Assembly: GCA_964472225.1 (NCBI GenBank)
Contig: CAYYJV010000002.1
Span: 1 to 38,102, forward strand
Length of the DNA: 38,102 nt
Direction: 5' to 3'
From: an uncultured Candidatus Saccharibacteria bacterium
GTDB taxonomy: Bacteria; Patescibacteriota; Minisyncoccia; Minisyncoccales; MHMH01
Shown here: one piece after another, positions 10,922 to 18,532 of the stretch
How positions within the stretch are numbered: the first letter of the stretch is position 1
Layout of the letters: each line of letters opens with the position of its first letter
Made by a program: the position numbers and the translations under genes
Notes under the pieces: model-generated
Database searches by the model: none
What the model saw: only the letters and a program-made list of their open reading frames with translations
What the model was told of the DNA's origin: nothing

Positions 10922-10974
10922 ATGGTGCGGCAAACAAAATGGTGCGGCAAACAAAAATGGTGCGGCAAACAAAA
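10922..10974. repeat. three tandem 17-18-nt direct repeats ATGGTGCGGCAAACAAA(A)
   Basis: Copies at 10922-10938, 10939-10956 and 10957-10974, identical apart from one extra A. They lie about 20 nt upstream of the uvrA -35. Confidence 0.85.
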
Positions 10975-11004
10975 CAGTTAAAGCGGTTATAATCGATTCA
11001 TTGC

Positions 11005-11044
11005 ACAGTGTTGATTTGTGGCGATCGCCATAAATCAACACTGT
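11005..11044 (+). terminator. 40-nt near-perfect palindrome followed by a T-tract on the plus strand (terminator-like hairpin)
   Basis: ACAGTGTTGATTTGTGGCGA / TCGCCATAAATCAACACTGT gives 19 Watson-Crick pairs plus one G:T. That pair is a G-U wobble only in plus-strand RNA and a C-A mismatch on the minus strand. TTCTTTT follows at 11045-11051. Confidence 0.5.
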
Positions 11045-11074
11045 TTCTTTTAAACTACCCTGTCTCCAAAACTA

Positions 11075-11103
11075 TTGACAAATATTTTATATTATGATAT
11101 AAA
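11075..11103 (+). promoter_or_regulatory. candidate strong sigma-70 promoter for the 11140 ORF
   Basis: TTGACA (11075-11080), 17 nt, TATAAA (11098-11103), with TG one base upstream of the -10 (extended -10). SD GGGAGGTG at 11126-11133. Confidence 0.55.
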
Positions 11104-11139
11104 TCGTGGCGGAGAGCCATAAAAAAGGGAGGTGCACAG

Positions 11140-11754
11140 TTGAAAAGGACGATCATTTTTATCCTACTGATAGTTCTGACAGCAGCGGCCGCAGGATTCG
11201 CAGGAGCCTGGCACAGTGCTAATCGCGATCTGGAAGCCGCTAAGCAAGAATTGAAAGCGACAAATAAGTTCTGGCTTGATGAAGTCAACCGCAACCAATC
11301 GCTGCAAGAAGAAATAAACCGGTTGCGGCGCGAGTTAAAGGTCAAGGAAGAAAGCTGGACCTATGCCAACCAGGAACTCCAAAGAGCTCTAGACCAAAGC
11401 ACCATTGTCGGCAAAGTATATGCCGACCAGAACTACAATCAGGCGCTGGACTGGCGGGACCACCAAGTCTCCGGAAACATCCCCGGCTTTAAAGTAGTGT
11501 TGTACACCACCGAAAGAAAGAACGACGGCCCCCTGAATACGGTGGAAGTCGCTTCAACTACTGTTACTGACGGCGAGTACCGCTTTACGGTAGGCCCCGG
11601 CGAGTATTTCATCGGAGTCACCTACAGCAGCAATCAGCTTTACAATCGCCGCTACAATCACATTATTTACATCGACGGCGGCGACATAATTGTGGGGGCC
11701 GGCGAAATCATCATCGGACCCACTATACTCCTGGCCGACAACGGCCTGGGATAA
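11140..11754 (+). CDS. hypothetical membrane-anchored or secreted protein (N-terminal TM/signal, coiled coil, beta-rich C-terminal domain)
   Basis: 204-aa ORF with a TTG start 6 nt after a strong SD. Hydrophobic N-terminus IIFILLIVLTAAAAGFAGA, heptad-like segment, and a C-terminal GEYRFTVGPGEYFIGV beta-sandwich-like pattern. Confidence 0.6.
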   Translation: MKRTIIFILLIVLTAAAAGFAGAWHSANRDLEAAKQELKATNKFWLDEVNRNQSLQEEINRLRRELKVKEESWTYANQELQRALDQSTIVGKVYADQNYNQALDWRDHQVSGNIPGFKVVLYTTERKNDGPLNTVEVASTTVTDGEYRFTVGPGEYFIGVTYSSNQLYNRRYNHIIYIDGGDIIVGAGEIIIGPTILLADNGLG

Positions 11755-11778
11755 AATAAAAGGCTCTCTGCCCCTCCA

Positions 11779-11810
11779 AAGCCCTAGTTGACCTAGGGCT
11801 TCCTGTTTTA
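11779..11810 (+). terminator. intrinsic terminator after the 11140 ORF
   Basis: 9-bp stem AAGCCCTAG / CTAGGGCTT, 5-nt loop TTGAC, then CCTGTTTTAT. Confidence 0.6.
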
Positions 11811-11823
11811 TAAGATAACATGT

Positions 11824-12804
11824 ATGGAGAAGTTTAAGTATTTGGCGAAAAATAAGATATCTAATCTTCCAAAAACTCCCGGCATCTACGCCTTCAAGAA
11901 AGGCAAAAAGTTTTTATACATCGGCAAAGCGGTCAATCTTCGCGACCGCGCCAGGCAACACAAGAAGTTGCTCGGCTTAGCCGAGCAACTCGCTTATATT
12001 GAAAGTAAAACGGATACGGAGGCGCTGCTGCTGGAAGCCAAACTTATTAAAAAATACCAACCGAAATATAATATTGAATGGAAAGACGATAAAAATTACT
12101 TTTGGGTGGGAATTACAAAAGAAAGTTTTCCGAGGGTTTTTATTACGCATCAAATTCAAAAATGTCCCGAGAACCGTTCTCGTTACATTGGGCCATTCGT
12201 AAACGGCCGAGTCCTAAAACAAGCCCTTAAAGAATTAAGGAAAATTTATCCCTACCGCACCTGCAAAACTTTGCCTAGGAAACCCTGTCTTTGGTACCAT
12301 CTCAACCAATGCCCTGCGCCCTGTTTATTCAAGAGCAGAAGGATAGAGGCCTATGACATATCAAACATCCAAGGAAAAGAAGCTACCGGCTCCATGGTAA
12401 CTTTTATCAACGGCAAGCCAGATAAAAATTTTTATCGGAAATTCAAAATCAAGGGAATAGCTGAGCCAAACGACGTGGCAATGCTGAAAGAAGTTTTATC
12501 ACGAAGGTTTAATCACCCGGAATGGGGCCTGCCCGATTTAATTCTGATTGATGGCGGCCGAGCCCAGCTTAACGCCGCAGTAAGTATTTTAAACCAACAC
12601 AAATCAGCCAAATCAACCCCAATCGGCGTCTTGGCTTTGGCTAAAAGGAAAAATGAGCTATATATGAAAAATCTGGAAGCACCAGTTCTTTTGAAAAATT
12701 TACCCAGAGAAGTTTTCAATTTAATTTTGCAGCTGCGAGACGAAGCCCACAGATTTGCGCGAAAATATCACCATCAATTAAGAAAAAAGCATTTGCTAGG
12801 ATAA
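11824..12804 (+). CDS. uvrC: short UvrC-like excinuclease (GIY-YIG domain plus RNase H-like 5'-incision domain; UVR and HhH domains absent)
   Basis: 326-aa ORF. GIY-YIG (GIYAFKKGKKFLYIGKAVNLRDR...EALLLEAKLIKKYQPKYNI), Cys-rich segment (YRTC...PCLWYHLNQCPAPC), then directly RIEAYDISN...NDVAMLKEV...LILIDGGRAQL...LRDEAHRFA. Confidence 0.8.
   Translation: MEKFKYLAKNKISNLPKTPGIYAFKKGKKFLYIGKAVNLRDRARQHKKLLGLAEQLAYIESKTDTEALLLEAKLIKKYQPKYNIEWKDDKNYFWVGITKESFPRVFITHQIQKCPENRSRYIGPFVNGRVLKQALKELRKIYPYRTCKTLPRKPCLWYHLNQCPAPCLFKSRRIEAYDISNIQGKEATGSMVTFINGKPDKNFYRKFKIKGIAEPNDVAMLKEVLSRRFNHPEWGLPDLILIDGGRAQLNAAVSILNQHKSAKSTPIGVLALAKRKNELYMKNLEAPVLLKNLPREVFNLILQLRDEAHRFARKYHHQLRKKHLLG
11967..11989. repeat. 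single palindromic repeat unit inside uvrC
   Basis: Exact GTTGCTCGGCTTAGCCGAGCAAC, translated as LLGLAEQ (residues 49-55) within the GIY-YIG domain. Confidence 0.9.
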
Positions 12805-12827
12805 ACATTATTTGCTATCATAAAGTT

Positions 12828-13190
12828 ATGCAAAAGCTTTTGATCACCATTATCTCCGGAATCCTGGGAATTTGGTTGGCGAGTCTTTTTATTGCCGGAG
12901 TAGAATTTATGGGCTCCTGGAAAGATTTGTTAATAGCGGGGTTAATCTTGGGGTTAATAAATTTTTTCATAAAGCCGATTCTGAAATTCATCACCAGCCC
13001 TCTAAGGATGCTGACTTTCGGGCTTTTCGGCCTAGTAATAAACATGGGGATTATCTGGCTAGTGGACATTTTGTTCAAAGAGTTGGTCATTGCCGGCCTC
13101 CTTCCCCTAGTTTGGACCGCTCTTCTGTTATGGGGACTGGGTTTTATTATGCCCCTCCTTTTCCCGAAAAGGAAAAGATCTGAAGAATAA
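12828..13190 (+). CDS. four-TM membrane protein, phage-holin-4-like family
   Basis: 120-aa ORF. The pattern ...AGLILGLINFFIKPILKFITSPLRMLTFGLFGLVINMGIIWLV... resembles the widespread holin-family (superfamily IV) membrane proteins. Confidence 0.6.
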   Translation: MQKLLITIISGILGIWLASLFIAGVEFMGSWKDLLIAGLILGLINFFIKPILKFITSPLRMLTFGLFGLVINMGIIWLVDILFKELVIAGLLPLVWTALLLWGLGFIMPLLFPKRKRSEE

Positions 13191-13195
13191 TACAT

Positions 13196-13411
13196 ATGCA
13201 AAACTTTCTGTCAATTTTTCAAATCACAATCTCGGTTGTTCTCATGGTTCTGATTCTCCTCCAACAAAGAGGAACCGCCTTAGGTTCGGCCTTCGGCCAA
13301 GAGAGCGGAGCTTATGCCACCCGAAGGGGAATCCAGAAGAAAATATTCTGGGCTACGATAACGGCAGGCTGTCTTTTTGTGCTTTCCGCCTTAGCCAACC
13401 TTATTATATAA
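13196..13411 (+). CDS. secG: preprotein translocase subunit SecG
   Basis: 71-aa ORF with two TM helices flanking the LLQQRGTALGSAFG motif typical of SecG. Confidence 0.75.
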   Translation: MQNFLSIFQITISVVLMVLILLQQRGTALGSAFGQESGAYATRRGIQKKIFWATITAGCLFVLSALANLII

Positions 13412-13414
13412 ATA

Positions 13415-15427
13415 ATGAAATTGACAATTGGCAATTGGCAATTGGAAGTTTTTAAAAGATGGCCCTCAAAAAAACAGTGGGCTCAGCTTTTTAAAGTACT
13501 CGGCAAAAAAGAAAGAATCGTCTTTTTGGTTTTCTTGGGAATCTTCACGGTTTCCTTTTTTTCCTTGATTGTCACCTTGTACGTGAAAAACACGGAGGTG
13601 CAGCCGGCGGTCGGCGGAAAATACACAGAAGGGGTGGTGGGTTCCCCCAGATTCATCAATCCTATTTACGCTGCCAGCAACGATGTGGACCGCGACCTGG
13701 TGGAAATAATTTTCTCCGGATTGACCAAATACGATTCAGAGGGACAAATAGTGCCAGATTTGGCCAAAGAAATAAAAGTAAAAGATGAGGGGAGGGTCTA
13801 CGAAGTTTATTTGAAAGAAAACGTTCTCTGGCACGACGGAGAAAAACTAACCGCCGACGACGTAATCTTCACCTTGAAGACGATTCAAAATCCGGACTAC
13901 AAAAGCCCCCTCCGGGGAAACTATTTGGGGGTGGAGGTGGAAAAAATCAACGATTACCTGATCTATTTCAAGCTAAAAAATCCTTATGCTGGATTTAAAG
14001 AACGCCTGACTTTTAAAATTCTGCCCCAGCATATTTGGCAGGACATTTCTCCTCAGAACTTTCTCCTGACCAACCGCAATTTGAGACCCGTGGGCACCGG
14101 ACCTTATCGCTTCAAGGACCTGACGCAAGACAGTAAAGGTTTTATTACTTCCCTGAAATTGGTGAGATTTAACAAGTATTTTGAAACGAAATCTCCAAAG
14201 CCTTATCTTTCCGAAATCAACTTCATTTTTTTTGAATCGGAGGAAAAACTAGCAGAAGCGGCCCGAGGGGGGGAAGTAGATGGTTTTTCCCTAAGCTCGC
14301 CCGAATACTACGGTCTTTTTAAGGAAACACCATTCAAAGAATATTCTTTCCACCTACCCAGGTACTTTGCCGTATTTTTCAACCCCGACCAGTCCAAATA
14401 TCTGGCCGAGGAAGAAATAAGGAAAGCTCTTAATTACGGGGCTAACAAAAAGGAGTTGGTACAAAAAATTCTCTTACAAAAAGGCGAAATCGTTGATTCT
14501 CCCATTCTGCCTCGAATTTTTGAATATGCCGATCCCCAACAAACCTATTCTTTTAACCCCCAAAAGGCAGAGGAATTAATTCAAAAAGCGGGTTTTGAAA
14601 AAAAAGACGGCGAGTGGGTGGAAGTAACTAGAGAAATAAATATTACCGAATTCAGTCGGGATCTTCGTCAAGGAAGCAAAGGGCGAGAGGTAACCGCCCT
14701 GCAAACTTGCTTGGCCAAAGATCCAAAAATTTATCCGGAAGGAAAAATTACCGGCTACTTTGGCCCAAAAACAAAAGAGGCCGTAATCAATTTCCAAGAA
14801 AAATATTCAGAAGACATTCTGGATCCTTGGGGATTTAAATCCGGCACCGGTATTGTCGGCAAAACTACCCGGGAAAAGTTAAATGAAGTTTGTTTACAGC
14901 CTACTAAAAAAACTTCTCTGGAATTCACTCTCTTGACCGTGGACGACCCCATTCTGAAAAAGGTGGCAGAGACCCTCAAAGAGCAATGGCAGGAAATAGG
15001 CATAGGACTGGAAATTAAAACATATCCCATTTCTCAACTGGAGAAAGACTTCATCAAGCCCCGGAAATACGAAATGCTGCTTTTGGGAGAGGTTTTAGGC
15101 ATCATTCCCGACCCCTTCCCTTTTTGGCACTCCTCCCAGATAAAAGATCCGGGGCTAAATCTAGCTAAATACGAAAACAGCGAGGTGGATAAACTCTTAG
15201 AAGAAGCCAGAACCACTTTGGACTCTGAAATTAGAATTAAAAATCTCCAAGAATTCCAAGACATTCTGATTGCTGATGCCCCCTGCTTATTCCTTTACAC
15301 CCCAGATTATCTTTATTGGATCTCTCCCAAAATCAAGGGGTTGCAACCCAAAATCATTGCCGACCCCTCCCAAAGGTTGTCAAATATTGAAGAATGGTAC
15401 GTAAAAACAAAAAGGACATGGCGGTAA
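13415..15427 (+). CDS. family-5 (peptide/nickel type) ABC solute-binding protein with N-terminal anchor and inserted peptidoglycan-binding domain
   Basis: 670-aa ORF. TM anchor IVFLVFLGIFTVSFFSLIVTL and SBP_bac_5-like core (RFINPIYA..., GTGPYRFKD). A PG_binding_1-like insert (GSKGREVTALQTCLAK...ITGYFGPKTKEAVINFQEKY) maps to about 14650-14890. Confidence 0.8.
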   Translation: MKLTIGNWQLEVFKRWPSKKQWAQLFKVLGKKERIVFLVFLGIFTVSFFSLIVTLYVKNTEVQPAVGGKYTEGVVGSPRFINPIYAASNDVDRDLVEIIFSGLTKYDSEGQIVPDLAKEIKVKDEGRVYEVYLKENVLWHDGEKLTADDVIFTLKTIQNPDYKSPLRGNYLGVEVEKINDYLIYFKLKNPYAGFKERLTFKILPQHIWQDISPQNFLLTNRNLRPVGTGPYRFKDLTQDSKGFITSLKLVRFNKYFETKSPKPYLSEINFIFFESEEKLAEAARGGEVDGFSLSSPEYYGLFKETPFKEYSFHLPRYFAVFFNPDQSKYLAEEEIRKALNYGANKKELVQKILLQKGEIVDSPILPRIFEYADPQQTYSFNPQKAEELIQKAGFEKKDGEWVEVTREINITEFSRDLRQGSKGREVTALQTCLAKDPKIYPEGKITGYFGPKTKEAVINFQEKYSEDILDPWGFKSGTGIVGKTTREKLNEVCLQPTKKTSLEFTLLTVDDPILKKVAETLKEQWQEIGIGLEIKTYPISQLEKDFIKPRKYEMLLLGEVLGIIPDPFPFWHSSQIKDPGLNLAKYENSEVDKLLEEARTTLDSEIRIKNLQEFQDILIADAPCLFLYTPDYLYWISPKIKGLQPKIIADPSQRLSNIEEWYVKTKRTWR

Positions 15428-16443
15428 AGAAAATTGATAAATCAAATATGCGAAAAATTATCTTGAACTTTCCCGGCCAATTTAAGGTTGGGGTAGAAGC
15501 GGCTAAAAATATTTTTTTGGAAAAAGGGTCATTTTTAACTCCGCCAGAAAATATTATTGTTTGCGGAATGGGGGGGTCGGGATTACCCGGTGATATTTTG
15601 GTAACTTTGCGACCACTCGATATGTTTGTCTACAAATCCTACCGCCTCCCCCCTCAAGCTAGCAACAAAAGTTTGATCGTTTGCGTTTCTTATTCCGGCA
15701 ATACCGAAGAAACCCTGTCCTCTTTTCAAACAGCCATTAATCAAAACTTGCCAGTAATTTCTATTACTACCGGAGGGAAGTTGGCTGAACTTTCCAAAAA
15801 ACATCACGCTCCTTGCGTCATCCTTCCTCCCCCTTACGTTCCTCCAAGATTGGCTTTGGGGGAAATGTTTGCTGCTCTGGTTCAGGTTCTAGCCAACCAT
15901 AATCTTTTGGGCAAAGGAATCATTGAAGAGGTTTTAAGGGTCGGGGACTCTCTAGCTCCAGAAAAGCTTGAAAAGCAGGGAAAAAAAATAGCTGAAAAAA
16001 TTTTCGGGAAGATTCCAATTATTTATAACTCCCGAAGATTACGGGAAATCGGCTGGATTTGGAAAAACAGCTTGAATGAGACGGCGAAAATCCTGGCTAT
16101 TACAAATTATCTTCCGGAGGTAAATCATAATGAAATCGTCGGCTTTTGGAAAATAAATGAAATGCAAATTGAAAATGAAAAACTCTATGTGATAATTTTG
16201 AGAGATAAAACGGGCTCTCATCCTCGAATTTTAAAACAAATGAAAATTACCAAGGAGCTAATTGAAAAAGAGGGAATAAAAGTGGGGTTTGTTGATATGG
16301 GGGGCGAAACTCTTCTGGAAAAAATTTTCTCCAGTATTATTTTAGGTTTTTGGACTGCTTATTGGTTGGCTCTGGAATATAAAATTGACCCCACCCCGGT
16401 TAAACCAATCGAGGAATTAAAACGAAGATTACGAGAAGAATAA
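15418..16443 (+). CDS. bifunctional phosphoglucose/phosphomannose isomerase (SIS-domain PGI/PMI family)
   Basis: SIS motifs GMGGSG and VSYSGNTEETL. The start is uncertain: the ORF track begins at 15394, and the ATG at 15418 overlaps the upstream stop by 10 nt. Confidence 0.75.
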   Translation: MAVKKIDKSNMRKIILNFPGQFKVGVEAAKNIFLEKGSFLTPPENIIVCGMGGSGLPGDILVTLRPLDMFVYKSYRLPPQASNKSLIVCVSYSGNTEETLSSFQTAINQNLPVISITTGGKLAELSKKHHAPCVILPPPYVPPRLALGEMFAALVQVLANHNLLGKGIIEEVLRVGDSLAPEKLEKQGKKIAEKIFGKIPIIYNSRRLREIGWIWKNSLNETAKILAITNYLPEVNHNEIVGFWKINEMQIENEKLYVIILRDKTGSHPRILKQMKITKELIEKEGIKVGFVDMGGETLLEKIFSSIILGFWTAYWLALEYKIDPTPVKPIEELKRRLREE

Positions 16444-16560
16444 AATCCTCAAAAATCCCCAAGGGGTTTCTTGGAGACTTCTAAGAATTTCCTAGGTGGT
16501 TTTGTCTGGCTTTACTTCTAAAACCTTTTATGTTATATTAACAACTGACAATTAAACCCT

Positions 16561-17265
16561 ATGAAGGGATTTATTTTAGCGGCCGGAGAGGGAACGAGAC
16601 TAAGGCCACTGACTTACGAAATTCCCAAACCCTTGCTACCGGTTCGCAAAACCCCATTAATCAACTATTTGATCGAATTGTATTTGAGAAACGGAATTGA
16701 TGATATAAAAGTCGGAATTCAGTATCCTCATCTGGAGGATTTTTATAAATGGAAAGCCACTTATTATCCCGGAAAAAAGATAGAGCTGGTGGTGGAACCA
16801 AAGCCCTCGGGGACCTTCACTCCCCTAGTAAAGAGCCTAGACCCCGCTTGGTTCTCAGAGCCAATCGTGGTTTCCAACGGTGATGAGTTAAAAGAACTGA
16901 ATCTAAAAAAAATGATAAATTGGCACAAAAAAAAGAAAGCGTTGGTTACCGTGGGGTTGGTTAAAGTAAAAAATCCTCAGGCTTATGGAGTAGCTAGAAT
17001 AAAAAAAGACAAAATTATTGAATTTGTCGAAAAACCCCAAAATCCACCTTCTTCCTACATTAATTCCGGGCTTTACGTGATGAATCCAGAAATCAGAAAA
17101 TATTATCCTCAAAATGCCGAGTTTGCCATGGTAGAAACCGATTTCTTTCCCAAATTGGCTGAAGAGGGAAAACTTTTTGGTTATAAATTCAGGGGGAAAT
17201 GGATGGATGTCGGAACCTTTGAAAGATGGGAGGAGGCAATCAAAAACTGGAATAATAATTATTAA
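16561..17265 (+). CDS. sugar-phosphate nucleotidyltransferase (NDP-sugar pyrophosphorylase)
   Basis: 234-aa ORF with N-terminal GFILAAGEGTRLRPLTYEIPKPLLPV, the signature of the glucose/mannose-1-phosphate nucleotidyltransferase fold. Confidence 0.82.
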   Translation: MKGFILAAGEGTRLRPLTYEIPKPLLPVRKTPLINYLIELYLRNGIDDIKVGIQYPHLEDFYKWKATYYPGKKIELVVEPKPSGTFTPLVKSLDPAWFSEPIVVSNGDELKELNLKKMINWHKKKKALVTVGLVKVKNPQAYGVARIKKDKIIEFVEKPQNPPSSYINSGLYVMNPEIRKYYPQNAEFAMVETDFFPKLAEEGKLFGYKFRGKWMDVGTFERWEEAIKNWNNNY

Positions 17266-17275
17266 TATTAAAAAC

Positions 17276-18316
17276 ATGCTCCAAAAAATTCTCATCACCG
17301 GCGGCTGCGGCTTCATTGGAGCCAACGCGGCCGACCACTATCTGAAAAAGGGGCACAAAGTGATAGCGGTGGACAATCTTTTTCGGGCCGGAGCCAGACA
17401 AAACCTTGAATGGCTTAAGCCGAAAAAGAACTTCGTCTTTGCAAAGGTGGACATCAGAAACGAACAGAAGCTGCTGGAAGTTTTCAAAAAGTACAAGCCG
17501 GACCACATACTCCATCTGGCGGCCCAGACCACCATGGTAACCTCGGTGACCAACCCGCGGGAAGATTTTGAAATAAATGCTCTGGGTACTTTTAACGTTT
17601 TGGAAGCAATGAGAAAGACCACCCCAAAAGCGTCTCTGATTTATTCTTCAACAAACAAAGTTTATGGAGAAATGCTGGATGTTCCGGTAATTGAAAGAAA
17701 AAATAGATATGCATACAAAAACATTAAAGGAATTTCAGAAACTCGCCCCCTAGATTTCCATGGTCCCTATGGCTGTTCCAAGGGGTGCGGAGACCAATAC
17801 ACCATTGACTATGCCAGAATCTTCGGCCTAAATACGATGGTATTCAGACAGTCGGGAATTTACGGCCCTCATCAGTTTGGTATTGAAGAACAGGGCTGGT
17901 TGGCCTGGTTCTGTAATGCTTTATTGTTTAATAAGCCGGTAACTATTTATGGTGACGGAAAACAGGTTAGAGATGTTTTGTATGTTGATGATTTATTAAA
18001 AGCTTACGATTTGGCTTTCAAAAACATAAAAAAAACCCGAGGAAAAGCCTACAATATCGGAGGAGGGCCCAAGTTTTCCCTTTCAATTTGGGAATTATTT
18101 GATATACTGGAAAAATTAACCGGCAAAAAATTTGACTATTCTTTTGGACCCTGGCGACCAGGTGATCAAAAAGTTTATATTTCCGATATCAGAAGGGCCG
18201 AGAAAGAATTTGGCTGGTCGCCGAAAACTTCTCCGAGAGAAGGCGTCAAAAAACTCTATAATTGGATTTCTCAAAATAAAACTCTTATTAAGCGGGCGGG
18301 GGTATTCAGAAAGTAA
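17276..18316 (+). CDS. NAD-dependent epimerase/dehydratase (extended SDR)
   Basis: The start was moved to the ATG giving MLQKILITGGCGFIGAN (Rossmann GxxGxxG). Catalytic YGCSK (YxxxK) is present. The ORF-track start at 17177 lies inside the upstream gene. Confidence 0.85.
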   Translation: MLQKILITGGCGFIGANAADHYLKKGHKVIAVDNLFRAGARQNLEWLKPKKNFVFAKVDIRNEQKLLEVFKKYKPDHILHLAAQTTMVTSVTNPREDFEINALGTFNVLEAMRKTTPKASLIYSSTNKVYGEMLDVPVIERKNRYAYKNIKGISETRPLDFHGPYGCSKGCGDQYTIDYARIFGLNTMVFRQSGIYGPHQFGIEEQGWLAWFCNALLFNKPVTIYGDGKQVRDVLYVDDLLKAYDLAFKNIKKTRGKAYNIGGGPKFSLSIWELFDILEKLTGKKFDYSFGPWRPGDQKVYISDIRRAEKEFGWSPKTSPREGVKKLYNWISQNKTLIKRAGVFRK

Positions 18317-18340
18317 AAAAAAATAACAAAGACAAACAGC

Positions 18341-18499
18341 GTCTTCACCATCTCTTTAAGCGGAGGAACGACTCCTAGGGGATTGAATCACTTGCCACCA
18401 ATTTTAAAAACGCTATCCCCCGGCAAAAAGTTCGCCTGTTTTAAAGACCCGAAAGCAGTTTTCAGCTTGCTTTCGAGCCCTAGCTGGAAAAAAACATAA
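18341..18499 (+). pseudogene. possible decayed fragment of a 6-phosphogluconolactonase/glucosamine-6-phosphate-deaminase-family gene
   Basis: Only a short match. VFTISLSGGTTP resembles the LSGGSTP motif of that family. There is no start codon, the fragment is in frame directly behind the epimerase stop, and it ends at a TAA after 52 codons. Confidence 0.2.
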
Positions 18500-18532
18500 A
18501 AACGATGACCAGGCAGAACCTCCCAGAAGTTT

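Noticed and set aside
11019-11030. HIP1-like GCGATCGC core (cyanobacterial highly iterated palindrome) at the centre of the 40-nt palindrome
   Set aside because: It occurs only once in 38 kb, so it is just the centre of a longer hairpin.
10844-11041. 65-aa minus-strand ORF (FAAPFLFAAPF...)
   Set aside because: It is simply the translation of the three tandem repeats and the palindrome. It also overlaps the uvrA start and promoter.
10863-11139. Replication origin at the strand-switch point between uvrA and the plus-strand block
   Set aside because: No DnaA boxes (TTATCCACA or its complement) are visible, and dnaA and dnaN are not adjacent. The strand switches several more times in the window.
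11140-11754. Horizontal acquisition of the 204-aa ORF, based on GC-rich appearance and its strong SD
   Set aside because: A hand count of 11401-11460 gives 33/60 G+C, against 21/60 at the start of uvrC. But groEL (6001-6060) gives 35/60, so composition varies as much among core genes. This is not evidence for transfer without a proper codon-usage analysis.
13425-13445. Three perfect tandem CAATTGG heptamers
   Set aside because: They lie in frame (21 nt) within the N-terminal cytoplasmic tail of the solute-binding protein (TIGNWQLE). This is most simply slippage-derived coding low complexity. No alternative in-frame start exists downstream before the TM helix.
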